Assembly (NCBI GenBank): GCA_963555985.3
Contig: OY820591.1
Coordinates: 2,656,001 to 2,720,000, forward strand
Direction: 5' to 3'
Length of the DNA: 64,000 nucleotides
Source of the DNA: Dehalococcoidia bacterium
GTDB taxonomy: Bacteria; Chloroflexota; Dehalococcoidia; Bin125
Shown here: positions 20,274 through 29,753 of the stretch, piece by piece
Layout: every line of letters begins with the position of its first letter
How positions within the stretch are numbered: the first letter of the stretch is position 1
The notes under the pieces: model-generated
Seen by the model: the letters and a program-made list of their open reading frames with translations, nothing else
The model's database searches: none
What the model was told of the DNA's origin: nothing
Program-made: the position numbers and the translations under genes

Positions 20274-22226
20274 CTAGGCCGTCTTCAGTTTCTGGATCTT
20301 GGTCAGCGTGCCTTCGCCGCGCAGCTCGGCCGGACCGACCGGCCAGTTGATGTGCGCTGCGGTAATCGACGCCGCCGAAACCTCGGTGAGGAAGAGCCAA
20401 GAGTAGTTGTCGTAGAACAACGTGTAGAGCTGCTCGATCAACTCTGCGCGCTCCGTCGGCACCATCGCTTGCTTCTGGGCGAGATAGAGCTCGTGAATCT
20501 CGGTCTCCGGGTAAACCGACACGGAGTAGAAGCCGGTCTCGCTAATCTCGGCCCCAATCACCGACTCCGGCTCAGCCGAGGCATTGCTGAAGAAGTAGAA
20601 CATGCCCGGCTTGGAGAAGGTCCGTACCTCGGCGAAGTACTCCGAGCTGAGGTATTCGACGATGGTGGTGCGGATGCCTACGGCCTCCAGATCCTGCTGC
20701 ACGATCAGCGCCATCGTCGGCACGATCACCTGGAAGTCGGTCACGATGTGCAGATCGACGTCGATCCCGTCGGGGTAGCCGGCCTCAGCGAGCAGCTGCT
20801 TGGCTCTTTCGGGGTCGTAGGGGTGTCGGCGCGCCTCCAACGCTTCCTTGGGGAAGCCGATCGTGCCTTTGTAGACGCCGTAGGACGGCTCTTCGACACC
20901 AGTGAGCAACCCTTCGATGATGGCCTCGCGGTTGATCGCGATATTGGCCGCCTCGCGCACGCGGATGTCGAGGAATGGGTTGGGGACGCCGTCGACCTCG
21001 TCCACTGCGTCGTGGGTGTTGAACATGATGTTGTGGGTGGGGTTACCCGACGGCCCATAGAGCACCTTGAACCTGTCATCGCCGTCGTAGGGCGCGACCA
21101 CATCGGTGGGCAGGTTGTAGGCAGCGTCGATCTCGCCGGCTTCGATGCCTGCAATCTGGGCCAGAGGTTCGGGGCGGAGCCGTACGTGCAGGTCCTTGTA
21201 CCAGGCCAAGCGCGGCCCGGCCAGGGCGTCGCGGTCCTTGTGATAGCCCTCGTAGCGGGTGTAGTTGAAGCCGACGTCGGGGAGGTGCTCCTGGAACACG
21301 AACGGCCCGGTCCCCACAGCCTGGACCGTGTCAACGTATTCGTCGCCGTTGGTTTCAACGAATTCCTTCGAATGCTGCACCACGGCACCGCCGGTGATCG
21401 ATGCGACCAGTGAGGCATTCGGGGCCGGGGTCTCGACGGCAATGGAGTAGTCGTCGATCAGACCGTAGCTAGCGAAGTTCTCGGTGCCGAACGTCTGCCG
21501 CGCCGAGCCCCATCCGTTCGGGTGATCGCTGGTCTCGCCGCCCTGGTGATACTCAGCCGCCGATGAGACGCGCTCCCAATTGAACTGGAGGTCGTGCGCC
21601 GTGTACGGCGTGCCGGAATGGAAGTTGATTCCTTGCGCCACGTGGAAGATCAGATTCGTCGGATCGATCAGTTCGACACTCTCGACCAGGTTGGCCTCCA
21701 GCGCAGCCGTTTCGGGATGATTGTTCATCGCGGAGTCGAAGACCGTGGATGAATTGACGTAGTTCGTCTGCGATCCTGAGCGCTGTCCGTCGAGTCCGGC
21801 AGTGTAGCGACCAGTGGCCAGGTTAAGTGTGGCCTCGAGGTCGATTTCGGGTTCGGCCGCCTCAACGTCCTCTTCAGCCTCCTCGCGCTCAATTGCTTCG
21901 ACTGTGCCCTCTTGGGCCTCCTGCTGCTCAACCTGCTGAGCCTGCTGTTCGGCTTGCTGCTCCGCTTGTTCCTGCTGCATCGCCTGCTGCTGCACTTGTT
22001 GTTGCTGCTGCTGCACGGCCTGCTGCTCTTCAGCGGGCTCGGGCTGGGGCTGTTCCTGCTGCTGTTGGACCTGCACGACGGCCTGCTGGTCGTCGTCATC
22101 GTCATCGCCGCAGCCGACCAGCGCGAGTCCGGCCGCGCCGACGCCGGCGCGCGAGCTCGCGCGCAGCAGGGCTCGGCGCGAGAGTCGGCGGTGACTCATG
22201 CGGGTCCAGTAGTTTCGCTTTCTCAC
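20274..22226 (-). CDS. ABC transporter substrate-binding protein, family 5, tandem paralog
   Basis: Same architecture as 18013..19956; GTG 22226 with GAAGGA RBS aligns with the paralog start. Confidence 0.95.
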   Translation of the reverse strand: MRKRNYWTRMSHRRLSRRALLRASSRAGVGAAGLALVGCGDDDDDDQQAVVQVQQQQEQPQPEPAEEQQAVQQQQQQVQQQAMQQEQAEQQAEQQAQQVEQQEAQEGTVEAIEREEAEEDVEAAEPEIDLEATLNLATGRYTAGLDGQRSGSQTNYVNSSTVFDSAMNNHPETAALEANLVESVELIDPTNLIFHVAQGINFHSGTPYTAHDLQFNWERVSSAAEYHQGGETSDHPNGWGSARQTFGTENFASYGLIDDYSIAVETPAPNASLVASITGGAVVQHSKEFVETNGDEYVDTVQAVGTGPFVFQEHLPDVGFNYTRYEGYHKDRDALAGPRLAWYKDLHVRLRPEPLAQIAGIEAGEIDAAYNLPTDVVAPYDGDDRFKVLYGPSGNPTHNIMFNTHDAVDEVDGVPNPFLDIRVREAANIAINREAIIEGLLTGVEEPSYGVYKGTIGFPKEALEARRHPYDPERAKQLLAEAGYPDGIDVDLHIVTDFQVIVPTMALIVQQDLEAVGIRTTIVEYLSSEYFAEVRTFSKPGMFYFFSNASAEPESVIGAEISETGFYSVSVYPETEIHELYLAQKQAMVPTERAELIEQLYTLFYDNYSWLFLTEVSAASITAAHINWPVGPAELRGEGTLTKIQKLKTA

Positions 22227-22353
22227 GATCGATCCTTCTCCAGCGAGCGGCATACTCAGCCTGCTCGCCTCTGTTATCGACGAGTCTAGGCAAAACAGAA
22301 TGCGTTTACTGGCGTCATTCGCTCAGCCGGGATTGCGCAATCTTGGCTGCGCC

Positions 22354-23100
22354 CTACTCCAGCGCCAAACCGCGACGGGCTATCTCGGCGGTGACCCGTT
22401 CATGGATCATTCGCGCGTCGGCGAGGGCCTGTTCTGTAAATTCCCGACTCGGCTCTTTGATCGTCGTGTAGCGCGGGTACGACGCCCACGTGCTCAGCTC
22501 TTTGGGATCGGCGATGATCCCGTCGATGTCCCAGGCGGCGGGCACGAGCGGCAGCAATTGCTCCAGGTCGTGCGGGAACGGATAGGTGATCCTGTCCACC
22601 ATCAAGGCCGACTTGATCGCCTTCTCGACCGCCTGCTGCACGTGGTAGCAAACCGCCGACAGTGGCGGCGGACTGAGGGCCAAGCCGGCTTCGGCCATTC
22701 TGAGGTCTTCGTCCGCGCGATGCATGAGTTGAGCGAACTGCTCCATCACCGGGTCTCCTCTGCCGCGGACGTAGAGCGTGCGGCCATCGATCAGGGCGGC
22801 GCGCTCGACCGTGCCGATCACGGTCGCCTGGCGCACGATGTCGGCGGCGGTGCTGATGATGATGTCCCTGGCGAACCCAGTGCACGAGAGTTCGGCGCTG
22901 ATCCGCCGGCTCAACTCCGCGCGTTCCACAGCCTCATCCAGGACGATCAGCAGGTCCACGTCGCTGCGTTCGTCGTAGTCGCCTCGGGCTCGGGAGCCGA
23001 AGAGGATGATCTGCTGCGGATTCCAGCCTTCGACGATGAGCTCGACCATCTCCTGGATGGCCGTGTTCACGTCTTGGCTCGGCGCCAGTTGCGTGGTCAT
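22354..23100 (-). CDS. Fused minimal nucleotidyltransferase (MNT)-HEPN protein, copy 1
   Basis: ILFGSRARGDYDERSDVDLL (GS-x10-DxD) plus HEPN CYHVQQAVEKAIKS...HDL...PRY. Confidence 0.9.
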   Translation of the reverse strand: MTTQLAPSQDVNTAIQEMVELIVEGWNPQQIILFGSRARGDYDERSDVDLLIVLDEAVERAELSRRISAELSCTGFARDIIISTAADIVRQATVIGTVERAALIDGRTLYVRGRGDPVMEQFAQLMHRADEDLRMAEAGLALSPPPLSAVCYHVQQAVEKAIKSALMVDRITYPFPHDLEQLLPLVPAAWDIDGIIADPKELSTWASYPRYTTIKEPSREFTEQALADARMIHERVTAEIARRGLALE

Positions 23101-23154
23101 GACACCGATGGTAGTCAGCGCGGCGGGGATCGACCGAGGTCGCGCAAACTCTCT

Positions 23155-23901
23155 TTACTCCATCGCCAAACCGCGACGGGCTATCTCGGCGGTGACCCGT
23201 TCATGGATCATTCGCGCGTCGGCGAGGGCCCGTTCCGCGAACTCCTGAGTCGGCTCCTTAAGCGTCGTGTAGCGCGGGTACGACGCCCACGTACTTAGCT
23301 CTTTGGGGTCGTCGATGATCCCGTCGATGTCCCAGACGATCGGCACGAGCGACAGCAATCGTTCGAGGTCGTGAACGAACGGGTAGTCAATCCGATCCAC
23401 CATCAAGGCCGACTTGATCGCCTTCTCGACCGCCTGCTGCACGTGGTAGCAGGCCGCCTGCAGGATTGGCGGACTGAGAGTCAGCAGGGCCTCAGCCGCT
23501 CTGAGATCTTCCTCTGCGCGATACATGAGTTGAGCGAATTGCTCCATCACCGGGTCTCCTCTGCCGCGGACATAGAGCGTGCGGCCATCGATCAGGGCGG
23601 CGCGCTCGACCGTGCCGATCACGGTCGCCTGGCGCACGATGTCGGCGGCGGTGCTGATGATGATGTCCCTGGCGAACCCAGTGCACGAGAGTTCGGCGCT
23701 GATCCGCCGGCTCAACTCCGCGCGTTCCGTGGCTTCGTCCAGGACGATCAGCAGGTCGACGTCGCTGCGTTCGTCGTAGTCGCCTCGGGCTCGGGAGCCG
23801 AAGAGGATGATCTGCTGCGGATTCCAGCCTTCGACGATGAGCTCGACCATCTCCTGGATGGCCGTGTTCACGTCTTGGCTCGGCGCCAGTTGCGTGGTCA
23901 T
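23155..23901 (-). CDS. Fused MNT-HEPN protein, copy 2
   Basis: Tandem copy with 801-bp period; start set to ATG 23901 by alignment with copy 1. Confidence 0.9.
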   Translation of the reverse strand: MTTQLAPSQDVNTAIQEMVELIVEGWNPQQIILFGSRARGDYDERSDVDLLIVLDEATERAELSRRISAELSCTGFARDIIISTAADIVRQATVIGTVERAALIDGRTLYVRGRGDPVMEQFAQLMYRAEEDLRAAEALLTLSPPILQAACYHVQQAVEKAIKSALMVDRIDYPFVHDLERLLSLVPIVWDIDGIIDDPKELSTWASYPRYTTLKEPTQEFAERALADARMIHERVTAEIARRGLAME

Positions 23902-23921
23902 GACACCGATGGTAGCCAGCC

Positions 23922-24827
23922 TCAGCCCAGGTTGCGGAGGCGCGGATCGAGCAGGTCGCGCAGCCAGTCGCCGACGAGGTTGCCGCTCAGTGCAACGAGC
24001 ATGAGCGCGAGACCAGGCATCCACATCACCCACCAGGCGTGGGTGAGGTAGTTGCGCGCTTCGGTGATCATCCGTCCCCAGGTGGCCTGTTCGACCGGCG
24101 CGCCCACGCCGAGGAAGCTGAGCGAGGCTTCGGCCACGATCACGATCGGGATTTGCAGGGTCATGATCACGACGATGGTGTTGAAGACGTTGGGCAGCAA
24201 CTGTTTGCGCATAATCCAGAGGCCGCTGCCGCCGGCGGCCATCGAGGCGATCACGAACTCACGCTCCTTGAGCGAGAGCACTTCGGCGCGGACCAAGCGC
24301 GCATAGCCTGCCCAGGTCCAGAACAACAAAATCAGGATCACATTCCAGATTGAAGCGCCGAGGGCGGCGCCAAGCAGGACAGCGAAGACCACAGCCGGCA
24401 GCGCAAGCTGGACATCGACATAGCGCATGAGGAGCTGACCGAGTTTGCCGCTGCGCCAGCCGGCAATCACCCCGACCGTGCTGCCGAAGAGCGCCGCGCC
24501 CGGAACCACGATCGCGACCACAATCAGGGAAACGCGGGCGCCATGCACGATCCGGGTCCAGATGTCGCGCCCGATGTGATCGGTGCCGAGCAGATTCTCG
24601 CTCGTGCCGCCGTCGAACACGGGTCGCTCCAACTTATTGAGCACGTCAGTATCGCCCGGATCGCCGGGGGCGATGATGTCGGCGAAGATCCCGAAGACGA
24701 AAAAGACGAGCATGATCGTCAGGGGAGGTACGAGCAGCAGCGAACGCCGCAGCCTGCGGGGGCGGCGCAGGCGCAAGCGGCGGCGCGGCGCAGGCGCAAT
24801 CGCAGTGTCGGCAATTCGTTCGCTCAC
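23922..24827 (-). CDS. Peptide/nickel-type ABC permease (OppC/DppC-like)
   Basis: LLGTDHIGRDIW..IVHGARVSL, ARLVRAEVLSLKEREFV, EASLSFLG, GDWLRDLLDPR. Confidence 0.95.
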   Translation of the reverse strand: MSERIADTAIAPAPRRRLRLRRPRRLRRSLLLVPPLTIMLVFFVFGIFADIIAPGDPGDTDVLNKLERPVFDGGTSENLLGTDHIGRDIWTRIVHGARVSLIVVAIVVPGAALFGSTVGVIAGWRSGKLGQLLMRYVDVQLALPAVVFAVLLGAALGASIWNVILILLFWTWAGYARLVRAEVLSLKEREFVIASMAAGGSGLWIMRKQLLPNVFNTIVVIMTLQIPIVIVAEASLSFLGVGAPVEQATWGRMITEARNYLTHAWWVMWMPGLALMLVALSGNLVGDWLRDLLDPRLRNLG

Positions 24828-24829
24828 GA

Positions 24830-25762
24830 TCAGAGCTCCGCTGCCTGGATTCGCGGGTCGATGAATCGGTACGAGATGTCAACCAGCAGGTTGCCCATCG
24901 CAATCGAGAGCGCGATCACGGCGACGCCCGCCTGCACCGTGGGGAAGTCATCCTTCAGAATCGACTCAATCATCAGCCTGCCCAGTCCGGGCCAGGAGAA
25001 CACGACCTCGATGATCACCGACCCGGCGATCAACGTGCCCAGTTCCAGCCCGAGAATGGTCGCGACCGGAATCATCGCGTGGCGCAGGGCGTGGCGAACG
25101 ATCACGGTTCGCTCGTTGAGTCCTTTGGCCCGCGCCGTGCGGATGAAATCGGTATTCATCACGTCGATCATGCCCGAGCGAGTGAGGCGCATGAAGCCGG
25201 CGGCCGACAGCAAGCCCAGCGAAATCGCAGGCAGAACCAGGGCGCGGAAGCCCTCCGATCCGGCAGTGGGGAACCAGTCGACACGCACGGCCAGGAAGAA
25301 GATCAGCATCAAGCCCAACCAAAAGCTGGGCGTCGCCTGACCAAAGACTGCGATCAGGCGAGCGAGCCAGTCATACGGCGAACCGCGCGCGAGCGCGGCC
25401 AAGATTCCCAGCGGAATGCCTAACCCAATCGCGACCACCAACCCTGCCGCCGTGAGCTTGACGGTCGGCAGGATTTTATCGGCGACGATATCGATCGCAG
25501 CGCCGGCCCGAATGAAGGAATAGCCCAGATCGCCTTGCACGGCGTCCTTCAGGAAGATGCCGTACTGGGTGTAGAGCGGCTTGTCGATGCCCAGACGCTC
25601 GCGGACCTTTTCGTAATCCGCCTCCGTCGTGTCGAAGGGAGGCAGCAGCGCAGCCTCGGGATTGCCGAAGATTCTGGCGACGACAAACACGATGCTGACC
25701 ACGACCCAGATGACGAAGATCGTCTGAATCAGCCGGATTATCAGCAGGCTGGCGAACTGCAT
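24830..25762 (-). CDS. Peptide/nickel-type ABC permease (OppB/DppB-like)
   Basis: LGIDKPLYTQY, GDLGYSF, DFIRTARAKGL, EVVFSWPGLGRL, DPRI. Confidence 0.95.
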   Translation of the reverse strand: MQFASLLIIRLIQTIFVIWVVVSIVFVVARIFGNPEAALLPPFDTTEADYEKVRERLGIDKPLYTQYGIFLKDAVQGDLGYSFIRAGAAIDIVADKILPTVKLTAAGLVVAIGLGIPLGILAALARGSPYDWLARLIAVFGQATPSFWLGLMLIFFLAVRVDWFPTAGSEGFRALVLPAISLGLLSAAGFMRLTRSGMIDVMNTDFIRTARAKGLNERTVIVRHALRHAMIPVATILGLELGTLIAGSVIIEVVFSWPGLGRLMIESILKDDFPTVQAGVAVIALSIAMGNLLVDISYRFIDPRIQAAEL

Positions 25763-25843
25763 CGCGGGTCCCCTGGTGCCTCCGTCACGGTCGGCGGCGT
25801 CAATGGCGGCATTCTAGCCAGACGCAGCGAGTGGATGCAGTCC

Positions 25844-28800
25844 CTACCAGCTATCGATGTACGGCCGCCGGCCCTCACGAATCGGCTCCGAGTTCGGTAC
25901 CGCATCGAGCATCCGCACGATCCACTGGCGAGTCTCCGCCGGATCGATCACGTCGTCCGACTCCAGCACGGTCGCCGCATTGATCGCGTTGCCGCGCTCG
26001 TAGGCGTCGGCCACCATCTCCTCGTAGACGCGCGTTCGCTCTTCGAGGTCCTCGATCTGCTCAAGCTGCGCCCGCGCGCCGAGCTTGACCCCCGCTTCGA
26101 GGTTCATGCCGCCGTATTCGGCCGTTGGCCAGGCGATGTTGAACAGACCCGCCTCAGTACTGCCCGCGACCATCGCCAGCCCGCCCAGTCCGTAGCACTT
26201 GCGCAGTGTGATCGTCATCTTTGGAGCGGTCAGGTTCGCCAGCGAGACAAACACGCGATGGCAATGCCGCACCAGCGCCGTCTTCTCGATCTCGGGGCCG
26301 ACCATCATCCCCGGCGTATCCACCAACGTGATCACGGGGATATTCCAGCAGTCGCAGATCTGCGCGAAGCGCGCCAGCTTATCCGAGCCCGGACTGTCCA
26401 CCGCGCCGCCGAGATGCATGTTGTTGTTCGCGATCAGCCCCACCGGCCGGCCCTCGATCCGGGCCAGCGCGGTGACGACGCCGATCCCGAACTCGGGCCG
26501 CAGTTCCAGCACCGAGTCGTCGTCGGCTAGCAGGTCGATCACCTTACGCACGTCGTACGTCCGCAGTCGGTTTTCCGGGATCGCATGACGCAGCAGCCGC
26601 TGGTCGGGACAGCTCCACTCCTTCACCCTGCCCTGGAAGTAGGAGAGGTACTTCTTGGTCGCAGCCATCGCCTCCTCTTCGTCCTTGACGAAGATGTCGA
26701 CGACCCCGTTCGGCACCTGCTGCGACATCGGCCCCAGCTCTTCCGGCAGGAAGAGGCCAAGTCCGCCGCCCTCGATCACGGCAGGGCCGCCCATGGCAAT
26801 GTTCGAGCCTTCAGTAGCCACGATGATGTCGCACATCCCCAGCATCGAGGCATTGCCGGCGAAGCAGCGTCCGGCCGTGATCGAGATCATCGGCACCCGG
26901 CCCGAGAGCTCGGCCAGGCGCTCGAAGGTCCGGACGTTGCGGGCGGCGACGCGGGTATAGGCCCAATCGCTATCGCCCGAGCGTCCGCCGGCGCCTTCGG
27001 CAATGAAGATCAGCGGCGTCAGCAGCCGGTGGGCCGTCTCAACCATGCGGTCGGTCTTCTCATGTCCACGCCCGCCCTGAGTCCCCGCCCAGACGGTCTC
27101 GTCGTAGGAGATGATCGCCGTCGATGCTTGATGGTTGTCGAACAAGTCGGCATTGACCGTACCGATCCCGCAGATCAAGCCATCCGCCGGCGAGACTCTG
27201 CGCAACTCTTCCCAGGAGCGCTTGCGCCGTTGCGCGGCCACACCGAGCGGCATGTACTCCGTCCAGCTGCCGCCCTCGACCAGCTGGGCGATGTTCTCGC
27301 GCGCCGTGCGCTTGCCCTTGGCATGGCGCCTTGCGACCGGACCGGGACGATTGCGATCTTCCAGCGCCTCGTGCAGGTCGATGTTGTGTTGGAGGTCGGG
27401 ACGGATGTGGTCGAGGTCGATCTCGCCGCCGCCGTCGTCGAGCGCGGGGCCTACATCCGCCGGCTCGATGAAGACGAGCGCGTGACTCTCCCAGATGATG
27501 TCGCCCACGCCGATCGTGATCTCTCGCACGATCCCGCCGACATCAGCGGTCAGCACGTGCTCCATCTTCATCGCGTTCATGATGATTACGTCCTGGCCGG
27601 CGACGACTTCATCGCCCTCGGCGACCAGGATCTCGATGATCGTGCCCTGGATCGGAGCGCGCAGCGCTTCGGTACCGGGCGGGCCGACGATGTCGGGCGC
27701 GTGTCCGATCTTCTGATCGGCTTCCAGTCCGCGATTCACGTCCAGCGAGGCTGCGCCGGCGCCCTGGCGGAAGAAGTCGAGCGCCGCGAGCGGGTCAGCG
27801 AGCTGGTTCTCGACTTTTGCGCCCGCCCAGGCCGCGTCGGTACCGGCTGCGGCGCCATTCTCCGAGCTGGCCGCCAGTTCGCCAATTCGGTCGTCGATCC
27901 AGCGGGTGTGTACATCGCCGCTGAGGAATTCAGGGTGAGAAAGGATGTTGCGCAAGAAGGGAAGATTGGAGTCCGGTCCCTCGAGCTCAAACTCGTCCAA
28001 GGCGCGGCGGGCGCGGCGCACCGCGTCGGAAAACCCGCCGGAAGGCGTGCGCGCGATCACCTTAGCGATCAGCGAGTCGAAGTTGGGGTTCGCGGCATAG
28101 CCCGCATAGCCGTAGGAATCGACGCGAATCCCCGGGCCGGCTGGAGGGCGGAAGCTGCGCAATGCTCCGGCGGCCGGACGCACATCGCCGTCCTCGCGCA
28201 TTCGCTCCAGATTGACCCGCGCCTGAAGCGCGTAACCGCGTCTCGGCGGCGGCGGTACCAGACCGAGGTCGGAGAGCGCCGCGCCCTCCGCGATTCGGAG
28301 TTGGCATTCGACCAGATCGAGTCCGGTGACTTCCTCGGTCACGGTGTGCTCGACTTGCAGCCGCGCATTGGCCTCAATAAACGCGAATTCGGCGTTGGTC
28401 TCGGCATCAACCAGAAACTCGAAGGTGCCAAGGTTCGTATAGCCGCCTGCCCCAGCCAGTTGTACGGCTGCGCTCGTGATTCGCTCTCTGAGATCGTCGC
28501 TCAGCGTGGGACTGGGCGCGATCTCAATCAGCTTCTGGTAGCGGCGCTGGATCGTGCACTCACGCTCGCCGACGTGAGCCACGCCGCCGTGTTGGTCGGC
28601 CACGATCTGGACTTCGATATGGCGCGCTCTGGGAATGAACCGCTCCACAAACAGCGCGCCGTTGCCGAATGCGGCCTGCGCCTCGCGGGTGCAGCCCTCA
28701 AAGGCGTCTCCGATCTCGTCTGCGCTCGTGATCGCACGCATCCCGCGACCGCCGCCGCCTGCGACCGCCTTGATCACCATCGGGCGGCCGTCCAACTGCT

Positions 28801-29242
28801 CGAAAAACGCGCGAGCGCCGTCCAGATCAACCGCGTGGTCGCTGCCGCTCAGAATCGGCACGCCGCGTGCGGCTGCGAGGGTACGCGCGCGAGCCTTGTC
28901 CCCGAACAGCGCGAGCGCCGCCGGGGATGGCCCGACGAACGTGATCCCGGCCTCTTCGCAAGCGCGGGCGAAGTCGGCATTCTCGGCCAGGAAGCCGTAG
29001 CCCGGGTGGATGGCGTCGCACTCGTACTCTTGCGCGCGTTCGATGATCTGCGCGATATCGAGATAGGCGGCGGGGCCAATGCCGTCGAGCACGATCGTAG
29101 TATCGGCGTGCTGAATATGCTGCGAACCGGCATCATCGGAGGAGTGAATGGCGGCGGTTGAGAGCTCAAGTTCGGCAGCAGTGCGGAGGATGCGGATGGC
29201 GATTTCGCCGCGGTTGGCGACGAGGAGGCGTGAGATAGGCAT
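25844..29242 (-). CDS. Single-chain biotin-dependent acyl-CoA carboxylase (BC-BCCP-CT)
   Basis: LVANRGEIA, HPGYGFLAEN, GGGGRGM, RLQVEH (BC); AMKM biotinylation site; C-terminal carboxyltransferase (GTQG, DTPG). Confidence 0.93.
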   Translation of the reverse strand: MPISRLLVANRGEIAIRILRTAAELELSTAAIHSSDDAGSQHIQHADTTIVLDGIGPAAYLDIAQIIERAQEYECDAIHPGYGFLAENADFARACEEAGITFVGPSPAALALFGDKARARTLAAARGVPILSGSDHAVDLDGARAFFEQLDGRPMVIKAVAGGGGRGMRAITSADEIGDAFEGCTREAQAAFGNGALFVERFIPRARHIEVQIVADQHGGVAHVGERECTIQRRYQKLIEIAPSPTLSDDLRERITSAAVQLAGAGGYTNLGTFEFLVDAETNAEFAFIEANARLQVEHTVTEEVTGLDLVECQLRIAEGAALSDLGLVPPPPRRGYALQARVNLERMREDGDVRPAAGALRSFRPPAGPGIRVDSYGYAGYAANPNFDSLIAKVIARTPSGGFSDAVRRARRALDEFELEGPDSNLPFLRNILSHPEFLSGDVHTRWIDDRIGELAASSENGAAAGTDAAWAGAKVENQLADPLAALDFFRQGAGAASLDVNRGLEADQKIGHAPDIVGPPGTEALRAPIQGTIIEILVAEGDEVVAGQDVIIMNAMKMEHVLTADVGGIVREITIGVGDIIWESHALVFIEPADVGPALDDGGGEIDLDHIRPDLQHNIDLHEALEDRNRPGPVARRHAKGKRTARENIAQLVEGGSWTEYMPLGVAAQRRKRSWEELRRVSPADGLICGIGTVNADLFDNHQASTAIISYDETVWAGTQGGRGHEKTDRMVETAHRLLTPLIFIAEGAGGRSGDSDWAYTRVAARNVRTFERLAELSGRVPMISITAGRCFAGNASMLGMCDIIVATEGSNIAMGGPAVIEGGGLGLFLPEELGPMSQQVPNGVVDIFVKDEEEAMAATKKYLSYFQGRVKEWSCPDQRLLRHAIPENRLRTYDVRKVIDLLADDDSVLELRPEFGIGVVTALARIEGRPVGLIANNNMHLGGAVDSPGSDKLARFAQICDCWNIPVITLVDTPGMMVGPEIEKTALVRHCHRVFVSLANLTAPKMTITLRKCYGLGGLAMVAGSTEAGLFNIAWPTAEYGGMNLEAGVKLGARAQLEQIEDLEERTRVYEEMVADAYERGNAINAATVLESDDVIDPAETRQWIVRMLDAVPNSEPIREGRRPYIDSW

Positions 29243-29270
29243 AGTGGGAGTGTAAGAGAGGGACAGAGCA

Positions 29271-29753
29271 CTACACCGGCGCCCGTGCGGTCACGCAATT
29301 CAGGCGTCCCGCAATGACGATCAAATCGCTGTCGGTGGTCAGAAGTTCATCCACGTCGGAATCCATAGCGCTTGCCAGGTGGATAGCGTCGGAGGGCTCC
29401 AGCCGTCGCCGTCGCTGTTCCGGCTCCAGCCTCTCTCGGATCCGCCGCCAGCGGCGTACTAGGCGCTGTGCCGCGAAGCCGGTCTCGTCTGTGAACGGTA
29501 CGAGCAGAACTCGCTGTTCGTCGGTCAGGAGTTGGCGGATGACTGCTTCCGAATCAGGCGCGATGATCGCCTGCGAACGATCTCGCGAGTAATAGGCGAC
29601 TTCGGCGATGGTGATGTTCGAGGTGACAATCTCCATCTCGCCCGAAGTGGAACGACGCAGTAGTTCATCTAACGTCGGCCAATAGCGCCGCCTCTGATTC
29701 AGCCAGGCGATACAGAGATTCGCGTCCCAGTAGACCCGCGGAACCTCAGCCAC
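29271..29753 (-). CDS. PIN-domain (VapC-like) ribonuclease
   Basis: VYWDAN, TIAEV, SDAIHLASA, LLTTD acidic PIN motifs; GTG 29753 overlaps the upstream stop. Confidence 0.85.
   Translation of the reverse strand: MAEVPRVYWDANLCIAWLNQRRRYWPTLDELLRRSTSGEMEIVTSNITIAEVAYYSRDRSQAIIAPDSEAVIRQLLTDEQRVLLVPFTDETGFAAQRLVRRWRRIRERLEPEQRRRRLEPSDAIHLASAMDSDVDELLTTDSDLIVIAGRLNCVTARAPV

Noticed and set aside
22354-23901. MNT-HEPN copies as a DGR template/variable pair
   Set aside because: Differences are not restricted to adenines, both copies are full genes, and there is no reverse transcriptase in the window.
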